DNA of 48,422 bases from Escherichia phage ETEP102: the sequence record OR979723.1; one strand, 5' to 3'. The position numbers and the translations under genes were made by a program. Positions within the stretch are counted from its first letter, which is position 1; each line of letters begins with the position of its first letter. The notes beneath the pieces were generated by a model. The model was not told where the DNA came from and searched no databases. It saw nothing but the letters and a program-made list of their open reading frames with translations. Of this stretch, positions 35,173-43,609 are shown piece by piece.

Positions 35173-37275
35173 ATGGCTATGCGCATTAAATCCATCAAAA
35201 AACAGATAGAGGAACTCGGTCCTCAGAAGATAAAAGAAATTCAGGATAAGTTTACCTTTGGTGACATGGTTCCGTATGAGTACCAGTGCGTGATGTATGA
35301 TGAGATCGGCAAGCGCATTGCTCGCTATAAGCATCCATTCATTGTTAAGGCTTCCGTATCTGCTGGTAAAACAATTGGCTTTGCCATGATCGCGTCTCGA
35401 GTTAAAGAGATGGGACTTTCAATGATGATACTTGCGCGCCAGGGCGACATCGTCGCTCAGGATAGCGAGGAGATCTCAAACTTCGGCGTTCCAAACTCTG
35501 TTTACTGTGCTGGCCTGAATACAAAATCCGCATACTTCCCTATAGTTGTAGGATCGGAAGGTTCAGTGGCGAACGGTCTATTCAAGGCTCTGGGTGACTT
35601 TACTCCAATGGTGCTGGGTATTGATGAATGTCACCAGGTAGACTGGGAAGACCTTGCTGCAGCCATCGGCAATGAAGAAACGATTGAGATGATGCTAACT
35701 GAAAAGGATGAGCGAGTATTCATTGATTACCCTAAAAATCGCGATGGTTATGTCAATGGTTATCTTAATGGCGTAGAGGTTGGCGCCCAGGTAATGGATA
35801 AGCAATTGCTAATCAGCCGGAAGACTGGCGAGCCTGTGTTGGGAACAAAGCGAAGCCAATACACGATCATAATCACTGAGCTAATGAGGCGCTGCAAAGA
35901 GAAGAATGGCAAGGAATTAAGGATATTCGGGATGACTGGTTCTGAGTTCAGAGGAACAGCTCCAATCGTAGTTGACAACCCAAAGCTACCTGGATTCTGG
36001 CGTGAGCAGGTGACTAATATTGACACAAATTACCTTATTGAGTTCGGATCTGTGGTTCCGACTGTTTTTGGTAGTGTCGGTGATGCTGGTTATGATCTTG
36101 ATGAGTTCAAGGCATCAAGTCAGGACGGCACGGCTGACTTCAGCCAGAAAGATATGAAGGCGATGGAAAAGAAAATCCATGACAACGCCAGCATGACCAA
36201 GCGAATCATGGAAATGGTTGTTGAGGAGGCAAAGAAGCGAAACGGGGTTCTTATTACATGCTCAGGGCAGCGCCACTGCAAAGAGGCAGCGAGCTATCTG
36301 CCACCTGACGCCACCTATGAGATCATCACCGAGAAGACAAACACCAAAAAGCGACAAGCAATACTGGAAGCGGCTAACCGTGGTGAAATTAAATACATTT
36401 TCCAGGTTATAGCGCTAACTACTGGAGTTAACGTTCCGTTTTGGGATTTCTCAGTCATCCTGCGTAAGATTGGTTCTCTTACACTACTGATCCAGCTTCT
36501 CGGTCGCGGAATGCGATTGCTTAAACCGTGGCAAAAAGCAATGGGTATGGTTAAGGAAGATCACCTTGTGTGGGATTTCGCGGGTTGCATGGACGAGTTA
36601 GGTCAGTTATACTTTGACCCCATCCTTGAGGAATCACAGTATCAGCGCCGCTTTGACGGTAAGAAAGAACCGAAGAAATGTGAGTTGTGCGGAACTGAGA
36701 ACAGTTTTTACGCTCGCCGTTGCATTCACAGAGACGAAAACGGCAATCGTTGTGAGTATTTCTGGAAGTCTCGCGTATGTGAAGACCAGATTGATGATCG
36801 CACTGGCGAAGTGCTCGCTAAGGGTTGCGGAACTGAGAATGACGTAGTTGCTAGAATATGCCGCTGCTGTGACGTGAGCTTGAAAGACCCCAATGACAAT
36901 CTGACTGGTAAGGCTTACACAAAAAACGACTGGTGCACAGTTAATAGCTTTGAAGTGACGCTGACGAGAAATCAGACTGGTATTCTTTATCGTTACGACC
37001 TTACCGACTCGATGGGGGTTAACTTCATTGCTTATGAAAAATTTTTCCCTCAATCAACGGCGCAGGTATGCCACACGATATGGAAACAAAAAGGTGTATT
37101 GCCTCATGTGCATGACAGCAAGATCGCAAAGTTAATGGCAGCTTACAGAAGTGCGAAAATGATTTTAAACAACGCTCACCACATAGCACATCCGGTGCGG
37201 GTAACACACCGAAAAAATGCAAAAGGTGATGATATTATTTCACGTAAAGATTTCGGATTGGATGGTAACTTATGA
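35173..37275 (+). CDS. SF2 DEAD/DEAH-box helicase with C-terminal Cys-rich domain
   Basis: Walker A SAGKT, Walker B GIDECHQ, C-terminal CELCG...CIHRD...CRCC cysteine clusters. Confidence 0.75.
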   Translation: MAMRIKSIKKQIEELGPQKIKEIQDKFTFGDMVPYEYQCVMYDEIGKRIARYKHPFIVKASVSAGKTIGFAMIASRVKEMGLSMMILARQGDIVAQDSEEISNFGVPNSVYCAGLNTKSAYFPIVVGSEGSVANGLFKALGDFTPMVLGIDECHQVDWEDLAAAIGNEETIEMMLTEKDERVFIDYPKNRDGYVNGYLNGVEVGAQVMDKQLLISRKTGEPVLGTKRSQYTIIITELMRRCKEKNGKELRIFGMTGSEFRGTAPIVVDNPKLPGFWREQVTNIDTNYLIEFGSVVPTVFGSVGDAGYDLDEFKASSQDGTADFSQKDMKAMEKKIHDNASMTKRIMEMVVEEAKKRNGVLITCSGQRHCKEAASYLPPDATYEIITEKTNTKKRQAILEAANRGEIKYIFQVIALTTGVNVPFWDFSVILRKIGSLTLLIQLLGRGMRLLKPWQKAMGMVKEDHLVWDFAGCMDELGQLYFDPILEESQYQRRFDGKKEPKKCELCGTENSFYARRCIHRDENGNRCEYFWKSRVCEDQIDDRTGEVLAKGCGTENDVVARICRCCDVSLKDPNDNLTGKAYTKNDWCTVNSFEVTLTRNQTGILYRYDLTDSMGVNFIAYEKFFPQSTAQVCHTIWKQKGVLPHVHDSKIAKLMAAYRSAKMILNNAHHIAHPVRVTHRKNAKGDDIISRKDFGLDGNL

Positions 37276-37769
37276 TTATAAACTTTGTCGAATACAAAGA
37301 TGGTGGGCTCTACTGGACTAAACCGTCAGGGCCAAGGGCTAGAGTTAGCATTGGATCAAGGGTAGGTCACGTAAATCGTGAAGGCTACAGGGTATTCAAG
37401 TTCGAAGGCGCTCACCTAAAGGAGCATAGGGTGATATGGTATATACATAATGGTGAAATACCAGAAGGGATGGAGGTTGATCACATAAATCACGAAAGGG
37501 ATGATAATAGAATTTCAAACTTAAGACTAGTTAGCAGATCCGACAACATGAAAAATACATCAATAAGAAAGTCGAATAGTAGCGGATTTACTGGTGTTAG
37601 TTGGTGCTCAACCAGTAAAAAGTGGAAGGCTCAGATACAAGTAAACGGAAAGAAAATATCGTTAGGTTACTTTAGTGATATTGATTTAGCTATAAGTGCA
37701 AGAACCGAGGCGAATATTAAATATAACTTCCACGACAATCATGGTGGCAAAAATGGCTATAAAAGATAA
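37272..37769 (+). CDS. HNH homing endonuclease
   Basis: EVDHINHERDDNRISNLR core and TGVSW...WKAQIQVNGK tail, paralogous to 8236-8748; ATGA overlap with helicase stop. Confidence 0.8.
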   Translation: MIINFVEYKDGGLYWTKPSGPRARVSIGSRVGHVNREGYRVFKFEGAHLKEHRVIWYIHNGEIPEGMEVDHINHERDDNRISNLRLVSRSDNMKNTSIRKSNSSGFTGVSWCSTSKKWKAQIQVNGKKISLGYFSDIDLAISARTEANIKYNFHDNHGGKNGYKR

Positions 37770-38184
37770 AGGTGACTACCTGGAGTATTACACTCCAGAC
37801 AAAACGGATACGTGGACTGAGAACAAGCACCAGGTCGACTGCGTAACCTGGACAAAGGTTAGGCATGGTGAGTTATTGTTCTGGCACGCTGTTAATGAGA
37901 ATAAAAAACACATTCATACCGCTATAAAGGATGCTCAGAGCGGGTTATTGAAGGGTGTTAGTGACTTTGTATTCCTTCTCGGTCCGTTCGGTAAATACCC
38001 GTTTGGGGCCATAGAATTGAAGAGGGTAAATAAGAGCGGAAAAGGCAAAGCGTCACCAGTCAGCAAGGAGCAGAAAGATTTCCTTCGTCTCGTTCGTGAG
38101 CGTGGCGGTTTCGCGGCGGTGGCGTACGGCCAGGAAGAATATAAGAAAGCGGTTCATGATATGCTGAATAGCACGAATTGCTAA
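37753..38184 (+). CDS. VRR-NUC-type PD-(D/E)xK nuclease
   Basis: GVSDFVFLL ... GAIELKR arrangement; ATG 37753 (track start 37696). Confidence 0.5.
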   Translation: MAIKDKGDYLEYYTPDKTDTWTENKHQVDCVTWTKVRHGELLFWHAVNENKKHIHTAIKDAQSGLLKGVSDFVFLLGPFGKYPFGAIELKRVNKSGKGKASPVSKEQKDFLRLVRERGGFAAVAYGQEEYKKAVHDMLNSTNC

Positions 38185-38186
38185 AG
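38168..38186 (+). promoter_or_regulatory. ATAGCACGAATTGCTAAAG motif copy
   Basis: Encodes last residues NSTNC of upstream gene; 22 nt to TGTATTAT (38204-38211); leader CATCGAAACGAAG; ATG 38251. Confidence 0.5.
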
Positions 38187-38250
38187 ACGAATCGGTGAGG
38201 TGGTGTATTATCACTTCATCGAAACGAAGTGACCAACTAAGGGAATCAAA

Positions 38251-38523
38251 ATGAAAAAGTCAATCATCGCTTTACTGGCAGTTTTGGCAATGGCAGGTTG
38301 TGCTGAAGACACTAAATTCTACGATTGCGGTAGCGAATCTTTCACAGTAACTAAGTCTCAAATTGTGTCAGATAAAGGCGTTATCATTGAACGTGAAGGC
38401 GATCACTACGAACTGCAAACTTTCTTGGGAAAGGCAATTTACAACGTGACTGAAAGTCAGGTAAACGTTAGCGTTGGCGGGTTCGTTGCTGTCAATAACT
38501 GCAAAGTAACTGAGGTTGAATAA
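38251..38523 (+). CDS. putative lipoprotein (90 aa)
   Basis: MKKSIIALLAVLAMAGC signal peptide plus lipobox. Confidence 0.5.
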   Translation: MKKSIIALLAVLAMAGCAEDTKFYDCGSESFTVTKSQIVSDKGVIIEREGDHYELQTFLGKAIYNVTESQVNVSVGGFVAVNNCKVTEVE

Positions 38524-38524
38524 T

Positions 38525-38656
38525 ATGTGGAATGTATATATTGATGAAGATATGTATTACTCATTTGAAAATAAAGATGATGCATATTATTTCGCAAGTG
38601 TTGTTATCAATCAAGGTAAAGAGTGCCTTGTTAAATTTGAGACTGAGGTTGAATAA
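38525..38656 (+). CDS. small hypothetical protein (43 aa)
   Basis: ATG 2 nt after upstream stop; last 15 nt ACTGAGGTTGAATAA identical to the 3' end of the preceding gene. Confidence 0.25.
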   Translation: MWNVYIDEDMYYSFENKDDAYYFASVVINQGKECLVKFETEVE

Positions 38657-38658
38657 AG

Positions 38659-39387
38659 ATGATCGAATCAGACGACAAATATACTCATGACGAATTCGTT
38701 AGCTTTGAACAGATTGAGCGTGAGAACTTCGTGGCAAATGCCCTCGTTCCTGGTTACGGGCACTACCAAGCAGTTAAGCCTGACACATTTTATCATGTAA
38801 CTGGAAAACGATACGCCGGAAGTAAGACACCTGACGCAGTAAGAGATCTTTGGGCCACCGACAGGGAGCTGATCTCATGGATGGAGTCGCGTTATGGAAA
38901 GTATGACATCGACGCCGCCGCCAGCGCTAACAATGCGGTTTGCGAAAAGTTCTATAGCGAGCAATTGAACTGCCTTAAGATCTGGTGGGGCAGAAATAAG
39001 CACATATGGCTTAACCCTCCTTACTCACATCCAGATCCTTTCGTTAAGAAAGCGATTGAGCAGATGGAGCACGGGAACCAGATTGACATGCTCTTGCCTG
39101 GCGATAACTCGACGGCGTGGTTCGCTGAGGCGAGACGCAATGCGGCTGAGATCATCTGGATTGAGGCAGAGATAACAGAAATTGACCAGCAGGAATACTG
39201 CCGAACAGGACGACTAGCTTTCATATCTGGACTGGCCGGAAAGCCTGTGGATGGAAACAATAAAGGATCTGTCATCTTCGTCATGCGAAAGCTGAAAGAA
39301 GGTGAGGAACAGAAAACGACGTATGTTAGCGTCTCTGAGATTTGCCCTGGCGTAAGCCGAAAGAAACCACGTAAGCGGAGTGTTTAA
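38659..39387 (+). CDS. dam: DNA N6-adenine methyltransferase (Dam-like)
   Basis: Catalytic NPPY motif (WLNPPYS) and context typical of phage Dam methylases. Confidence 0.8.
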   Translation: MIESDDKYTHDEFVSFEQIERENFVANALVPGYGHYQAVKPDTFYHVTGKRYAGSKTPDAVRDLWATDRELISWMESRYGKYDIDAAASANNAVCEKFYSEQLNCLKIWWGRNKHIWLNPPYSHPDPFVKKAIEQMEHGNQIDMLLPGDNSTAWFAEARRNAAEIIWIEAEITEIDQQEYCRTGRLAFISGLAGKPVDGNNKGSVIFVMRKLKEGEEQKTTYVSVSEICPGVSRKKPRKRSV

Positions 39388-39388
39388 G

Positions 39389-39619
39389 ATGGAAAAGTTG
39401 CAATTTGATTTAACTGAGCAGGCTCAGTTCCTTTTGTTTCGCGGTCTTGTTTGCACGGCTCTTACAAAGGCTGGGTTCAAGGGTGATGCTTGGGTATTCT
39501 CAAATCTTGACATGTCATTTGAAGAGGTCCAAGGCACTCCATTTGAATCATGGTCAAGATCAATAGCAAAAGATCTCGCAGACTATAAGCGCGATTGCCC
39601 TGAGGATTTTCACGAATAG
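39389..39619 (+). CDS. hypothetical protein (76 aa)
   Basis: ATG 39389 with GGAG upstream. Confidence 0.4.
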   Translation: MEKLQFDLTEQAQFLLFRGLVCTALTKAGFKGDAWVFSNLDMSFEEVQGTPFESWSRSIAKDLADYKRDCPEDFHE

Positions 39620-39634
39620 CACGAATTTCTAAAC
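39616..39634 (+). promoter_or_regulatory. ATAGCACGAATTTCTAAAC motif copy
   Basis: Overlaps TAG stop; 22 nt to TGGTATACT (39651-39659) in hairpin ATACCAGC/GCTGGTAT; ATG 39690. Confidence 0.5.
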
Positions 39635-39689
39635 ATACCAGCCGCTGTGCTGGTATACTTCTTTCACGCCAACGAAACGAGGAATCAAC

Positions 39690-39923
39690 ATGAAAAAGCA
39701 ACCTTTTGTTACTCACAACCACGCAGCATACCGTAACAAGGTTTTATTTCCGCACCTGCTTCGCCTGGCTAACGATAGCGCAAAGGACGCGATCGCACTT
39801 GGTAAGGACGGCGGTCTGGACGAGGTTATTGCGGTGACTTATCTCAAGGGCGCTTATGGTCACTTGCCAGTTGCTGACTATCAGGCTATGTCGGGGAGCT
39901 TTGACATTTATGGTAACTGTTGA
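39690..39923 (+). CDS. hypothetical protein (77 aa)
   Basis: ORF with ACGAGGAA RBS. Confidence 0.4.
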   Translation: MKKQPFVTHNHAAYRNKVLFPHLLRLANDSAKDAIALGKDGGLDEVIAVTYLKGAYGHLPVADYQAMSGSFDIYGNC

Positions 39924-40155
39924 GGTTGGGCGTCAGGCAGTGTGGACGCACTGCAAAGAAGCCGGAATAAGTGAAGACATCGCGCTTATATCCAAGTATT
40001 TTGATATCAAAGACATATGCGTCATATTCAACGGTAAGATGACGTATATACATGAAAGGCCGCGTAAGCTGATCAGAGTTCCTGCAACTCCTGTGAAGAT
40101 TGACTACAAGGCTTGCATTCAGGCGACAAAAGACGCCGCGAGGAGATACAAGTGA
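39910..40155 (+). CDS. hypothetical protein (81 aa)
   Basis: ATG 39910 overlapping upstream gene end (track start 39856). Confidence 0.35.
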   Translation: MVTVEVGRQAVWTHCKEAGISEDIALISKYFDIKDICVIFNGKMTYIHERPRKLIRVPATPVKIDYKACIQATKDAARRYK

Positions 40156-40403
40156 ATTTACCAGGGCTTGATTTTGACGCTGGAATTTATCCTACGTGTA
40201 GCAATAATGATGAGACGTTCGCAATTATCCATTTCTCTGACTGGTTGCCTTCAGACTTCGAAGATGTGCCATGTTCGCGCGGCGGCGGGTATCGACTGAT
40301 GTATTTCAGCCCGTCAACTGGTATGATGGTTCCAAGCGAATCAGAGATAGCAGGCGAGGCGGTTGAGCCAAATACTTTGACAACATGGTTGAAAAAGATT
40401 TGA
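40113..40403 (+). CDS. hypothetical protein; start uncertain (GTG 40152 possible)
   Basis: ORF in track; possible GTGA-coupled start. Confidence 0.3.
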   Translation: MHSGDKRRREEIQVNLPGLDFDAGIYPTCSNNDETFAIIHFSDWLPSDFEDVPCSRGGGYRLMYFSPSTGMMVPSESEIAGEAVEPNTLTTWLKKI

Positions 40404-40474
40404 TGCGCTGCTTAATTGCTGTATTATTGCCGCCGATAATTGGTTTTATTATCATCTACTTAATAACACGATAA
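40403..40474 (+). CDS. very small hydrophobic peptide (23 aa)
   Basis: TGATG-coupled ORF MRCLIAVLLPPIIGFIIIYLITR in the 80-nt gap before the next gene. Confidence 0.25.
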   Translation: MRCLIAVLLPPIIGFIIIYLITR

Positions 40475-40484
40475 GGATTTAAAA

Positions 40485-41627
40485 ATGGCTATTCAGAAAA
40501 TTAGTGACGAACAATTCATTGCCGAGCGCGAAGCTGGTAAAACTCTACGTCAAATAGCTCAAGAATACGGTATGAATATTCGAACTGTAGAGCAGCGTTC
40601 AAGTCGCCTCGCGAAGCGTGGAGAGTTTCACGGAAACAAGCACGTAAGCGTACATGTTCCAGAAGGGTTTCAGGTTAAAGGTACATCGACAATGATTCGA
40701 GCCGATGGCTCAGAGGTTGTGCGGTGGGTAAAGACAGATCAGGACAAGGAGAAGTTAGCCGCCATGATGGATGCCGCGATTGAAGCATTCTGTGAAGAAA
40801 TCCCACGCGCAGATCCTCAGCCTATTCTTGGCGAGCCTAACTATGATGAGAATCTCCTGGCACTGTATCCAGTGTTCGATCTACACATCGGCGCAATGGC
40901 ACACAAGCATGAGTGCGGTGAAAACTACAGCACCGACATCTCTGAGAAAGTCCTCAAGAACTTCTTTGATTACTCGGTTGGCGTAGCTCCTAAAGCAAAG
41001 AAAGCCGTATTGCTAATCGGTGGTGACTTCCTTCACTCTGATGGCCTGGACGCTGTAACGCCCGCAAGCGGTCACGTACTGGATCAGGATAGTCGATACG
41101 CTAAGCTCGTGCATGTTGCAATTCGTTCCGTCCGCCGCGCTGTGGCAAAAATGCTGGATAAACACGAGGATGTCGAAATTCAGATCATTGAGGGCAATCA
41201 TGATCAGGCGGGAATGATTTGGTTGCGTGCTGCCATGGCTGCATACTTCGAAGATGAATCGCGCGTAAAAGTTGACGTATCCCCAATGATTCTCCACCGA
41301 ACCAAGTGGGGTAAGACGCTACTCGGATACACTCATGGTCACACCATGAAGAAGGCTGACACTCGACTGGCGGCGATGGCAACAGATTTCCGTGAGGAGT
41401 TCGGGACCAGTAAATATATCTATACGCATAGCGGCCATTGGCACCATCAGACGATCACGGAAGGAACTTTGGGAATTGATGAGGTTCACGGTCAACTAGG
41501 AGCAAAAGACGCATATGCGGCTCGCGGCGGATGGCGCTCTTATCGACAGGCAGCTGTGATCTTGTATTCAAAAGAGTTCGGTGAGGTTGGTCGATTCGTT
41601 TACCGTCCAGAGATGAGTGATATTTGA
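40485..41627 (+). CDS. calcineurin-like metallophosphoesterase with N-terminal HTH domain
   Basis: Phosphoesterase motifs DLHIG, GGDFLHSD, EGNHDQ, GHTH, GHWHH; N-terminal HTH-like GKTLRQIAQEYGMNIRTVEQ. Confidence 0.6.
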   Translation: MAIQKISDEQFIAEREAGKTLRQIAQEYGMNIRTVEQRSSRLAKRGEFHGNKHVSVHVPEGFQVKGTSTMIRADGSEVVRWVKTDQDKEKLAAMMDAAIEAFCEEIPRADPQPILGEPNYDENLLALYPVFDLHIGAMAHKHECGENYSTDISEKVLKNFFDYSVGVAPKAKKAVLLIGGDFLHSDGLDAVTPASGHVLDQDSRYAKLVHVAIRSVRRAVAKMLDKHEDVEIQIIEGNHDQAGMIWLRAAMAAYFEDESRVKVDVSPMILHRTKWGKTLLGYTHGHTMKKADTRLAAMATDFREEFGTSKYIYTHSGHWHHQTITEGTLGIDEVHGQLGAKDAYAARGGWRSYRQAAVILYSKEFGEVGRFVYRPEMSDI

Positions 41628-41645
41628 TAGCACTTTTTGCCTAAC
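41627..41645 (+). promoter_or_regulatory. ATAGCACTTTTTGCCTAAC motif copy
   Basis: Follows TGA stop; 22 nt to TATATT (41665-41670) in hairpin TAGCGCC/GGCGCTA; ATG 41698. Confidence 0.45.
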
Positions 41646-41697
41646 ATGTAGCGCCGATTGGCGCTATATTTACATCTCACTATCAGAGGATTCAATC

Positions 41698-41871
41698 ATG
41701 GTTAAATTGTTTTGCATTAAGAATACATCTAAGACACTTCCTTTCACTGTAAACAGTCCATACATCGGTGAGTATCAGGGTGACGGATACTACAAGATTT
41801 ATGGTGACGATATGACGTGGATTTTAGCGCCGATTAATGGTTCGCTTGTTGAATTTATTATTGCAGATTAG
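41698..41871 (+). CDS. small hypothetical protein (57 aa)
   Basis: ATG 41698 with AGAGGA upstream (track start 41617). Confidence 0.4.
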   Translation: MVKLFCIKNTSKTLPFTVNSPYIGEYQGDGYYKIYGDDMTWILAPINGSLVEFIIAD

Positions 41872-41897
41872 CGTATCCAAAACATAGCGTTACAAGC

Positions 41898-41923
41898 GGG
41901 GAGCCTTTTGGCTCCCCTTTTTT
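41898..41923 (+). terminator. rho-independent terminator
   Basis: GGGGAGCC-TTTT-GGCTCCCC then TTTTTT. Confidence 0.7.
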
Positions 41924-42002
41924 ATGCTTCTTTTCCGAGCGACGATAATGTATCATGTTTTTACTAACTTAATATTGACAAACAAAATAAAAGGCGGTTC
42001 AC

Positions 42003-42218
42003 ATGAGAGAGGTAATCAACGCTGCTACAGCGTCAACTGGCGGAGCTGCGGTAACTGGCGCAGCAACTGGTCAAATGACTATAGCAATAATCAGCCTTAT
42101 CGCTTTAATAATTTTTGGTGCGTGGGGGGCTTACTGGAAGTTTAAGGATAGCCAGGCGATTCGGCGCGCTCTTGAATCAGGAGACTTAAAAACAGCAATC
42201 AATATAAGGAGTAAGTAA
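42003..42218 (+). CDS. putative holin
   Basis: 71 aa, one hydrophobic helix MTIAIISLIALIIFGAWGAYW and charged C-terminus; immediately upstream of endolysin. Confidence 0.55.
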   Translation: MREVINAATASTGGAAVTGAATGQMTIAIISLIALIIFGAWGAYWKFKDSQAIRRALESGDLKTAINIRSK

Positions 42219-42704
42219 ATGAAGCAGAAGCTGTTAATTAGCGCGGCGACAGCTGCGGCAATATACATCGCAGCACCGCTTATTGAGCTTGTTGAGGGTG
42301 TGGAGAACAGACCTTACATTGACATTGCTGGGGTGAAAACCGTCTGCGCTGGGATCACTGGCCCAGACGTAGTTTGGGGTAAAACTTACAGTAACAGGGA
42401 GTGCCGGAGCCTGCTGGAGAAACACATTCAGATTCATGTTAAGCATGTTCAGAACGCCGTCACCTACCCAATTGCACCAGAGACAATGGCGGCTTTAATC
42501 AGTTTTAGCTACAATGTTGGCGGCTCAGCGATGAGGAAATCTACTGCCGTTAAGTTAATTAACCAGGGTAAGATTGAGCAGGGTTGCAAGGCTCTCGGGA
42601 TGTGGACAAAGGCTACCGTTAATGGCAAGAAGGTTGTCGTTAAGGGGTTAGTGAATCGCAGGAATGAGGAGATTAAGTTATGTTTAAGTGGATTGCAGCG
42701 TTAG
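42219..42704 (+). CDS. SAR endolysin (lysozyme-like)
   Basis: N-terminal signal-anchor-release-like segment LLISAATAAAIYIAAPLI then E-x8-D-x5-T catalytic triad ELVEGVENRPYIDIAGVKT. Confidence 0.8.
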   Translation: MKQKLLISAATAAAIYIAAPLIELVEGVENRPYIDIAGVKTVCAGITGPDVVWGKTYSNRECRSLLEKHIQIHVKHVQNAVTYPIAPETMAALISFSYNVGGSAMRKSTAVKLINQGKIEQGCKALGMWTKATVNGKKVVVKGLVNRRNEEIKLCLSGLQR

Positions 42705-43069
42705 TAATGTGCATGGCTTTATCTGGGTGCTCAGCAACATCTGCGCTGACTGGTTTAATTGGCAGCAAGCCAGAAATTAGCGCGCAGGCTGGGGCCGAGA
42801 ACGTGAAACAAACGGTAGGCGTTACCGGAAAGGTTGATAAGTCAAACGACAACGACACCAATATCAAAGACTCAAAGGTAGGAAAGGTTGATACGTCAAG
42901 CGGGAAGTCTGTCAGCACATCAAGCATCAAGGCTGACACCATCATCGCTGATAAGATTGAGATCAGGAATGAGGAGGTAGGTGGAAGAATTGCATTTGGA
43001 CTTGCTTTAATTCTAATTAGCCTATTGCTTTTCTCGTTCACGATATGGACTACTTTTCGCAAAAAATAA
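42680..43069 (+). CDS. unimolecular spanin (T1 gp11-like)
   Basis: N-terminal lipoprotein signal with lipobox LSGC and C-terminal TM helix IAFGLALILISLLLFSF; overlaps endolysin 3' end. Confidence 0.65.
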   Translation: MFKWIAALVMCMALSGCSATSALTGLIGSKPEISAQAGAENVKQTVGVTGKVDKSNDNDTNIKDSKVGKVDTSSGKSVSTSSIKADTIIADKIEIRNEEVGGRIAFGLALILISLLLFSFTIWTTFRKK

Positions 43070-43071
43070 AA

Positions 43072-43095
43072 GGAGCCGAAAGGCTCCATTTTTTT
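43072..43095. terminator. bidirectional rho-independent terminator
   Basis: GGAGCC-GAAA-GGCTCC flanked by A-run and T-run between convergent operons. Confidence 0.7.
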
Positions 43096-43288
43096 ATCCA
43101 AATATTTGCACAGGCAGCAACAATTCACCTTCATTATTGCATAGAGTATGCTCATCACGTCGTCCGGCGCGCATGGATGAGTTAAGCATTGAAGGAAGGG
43201 CTTGGTTAAGCCAGTCCTCACTGATACCATTCTCAGAACTGCATCTGATTATCGCGTCGATTACGACCTGGCTTTCCGAATAACTCAT
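43094..43288 (-). CDS. possible overlapping small ORF (64 aa)
   Basis: ORF in track overlapping the last 56 nt of upstream gene in another frame; weak RBS. Confidence 0.2.
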   Translation of the reverse strand: MSYSESQVVIDAIIRCSSENGISEDWLNQALPSMLNSSMRAGRRDEHTLCNNEGELLLPVQIFG

Positions 43289-43607
43289 TATCGCTCATCT
43301 TCTCTATGTTCATCATCTCACATGTATAGCGATCACTCTCACCGCCATAGCACCTGAAATGAAATTCAAACGGCCTTTTTTGCGCCCCTTTGGACCAGTA
43401 CCAGTTATTAACGCCGTCTAGGTATCCCTCACCCATACACCTTGCTATGAACTCCTTTGATGATGATGAGGCGAAGTAGCGAGGCGTAACTCCAGCAGAC
43501 TTTGCCAGTCGTTCGCACTCCCTATGCTTGTATATGAATACCGCCAGGTGCTGACGGTTGAATTTTTCATAGCCTTCGCAAAAACGGTACAGATCCAGAA
43601 GAAACAT
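43233..43607 (-). CDS. hypothetical protein (124 aa)
   Basis: ORF starting 2 nt after the HNH stop. Confidence 0.45.
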   Translation of the reverse strand: MFLLDLYRFCEGYEKFNRQHLAVFIYKHRECERLAKSAGVTPRYFASSSSKEFIARCMGEGYLDGVNNWYWSKGAQKRPFEFHFRCYGGESDRYTCEMMNIEKMSDNELFGKPGRNRRDNQMQF

Positions 43608-43609
43608 GA

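Noticed and set aside
41966-41971. TTGACA hexamer upstream of the holin gene as a sigma70 -35 box
   Set aside because: Only 27 nt from the ATG with no -10 hexamer at 16-18 bp spacing; more likely coincidental within the leader.
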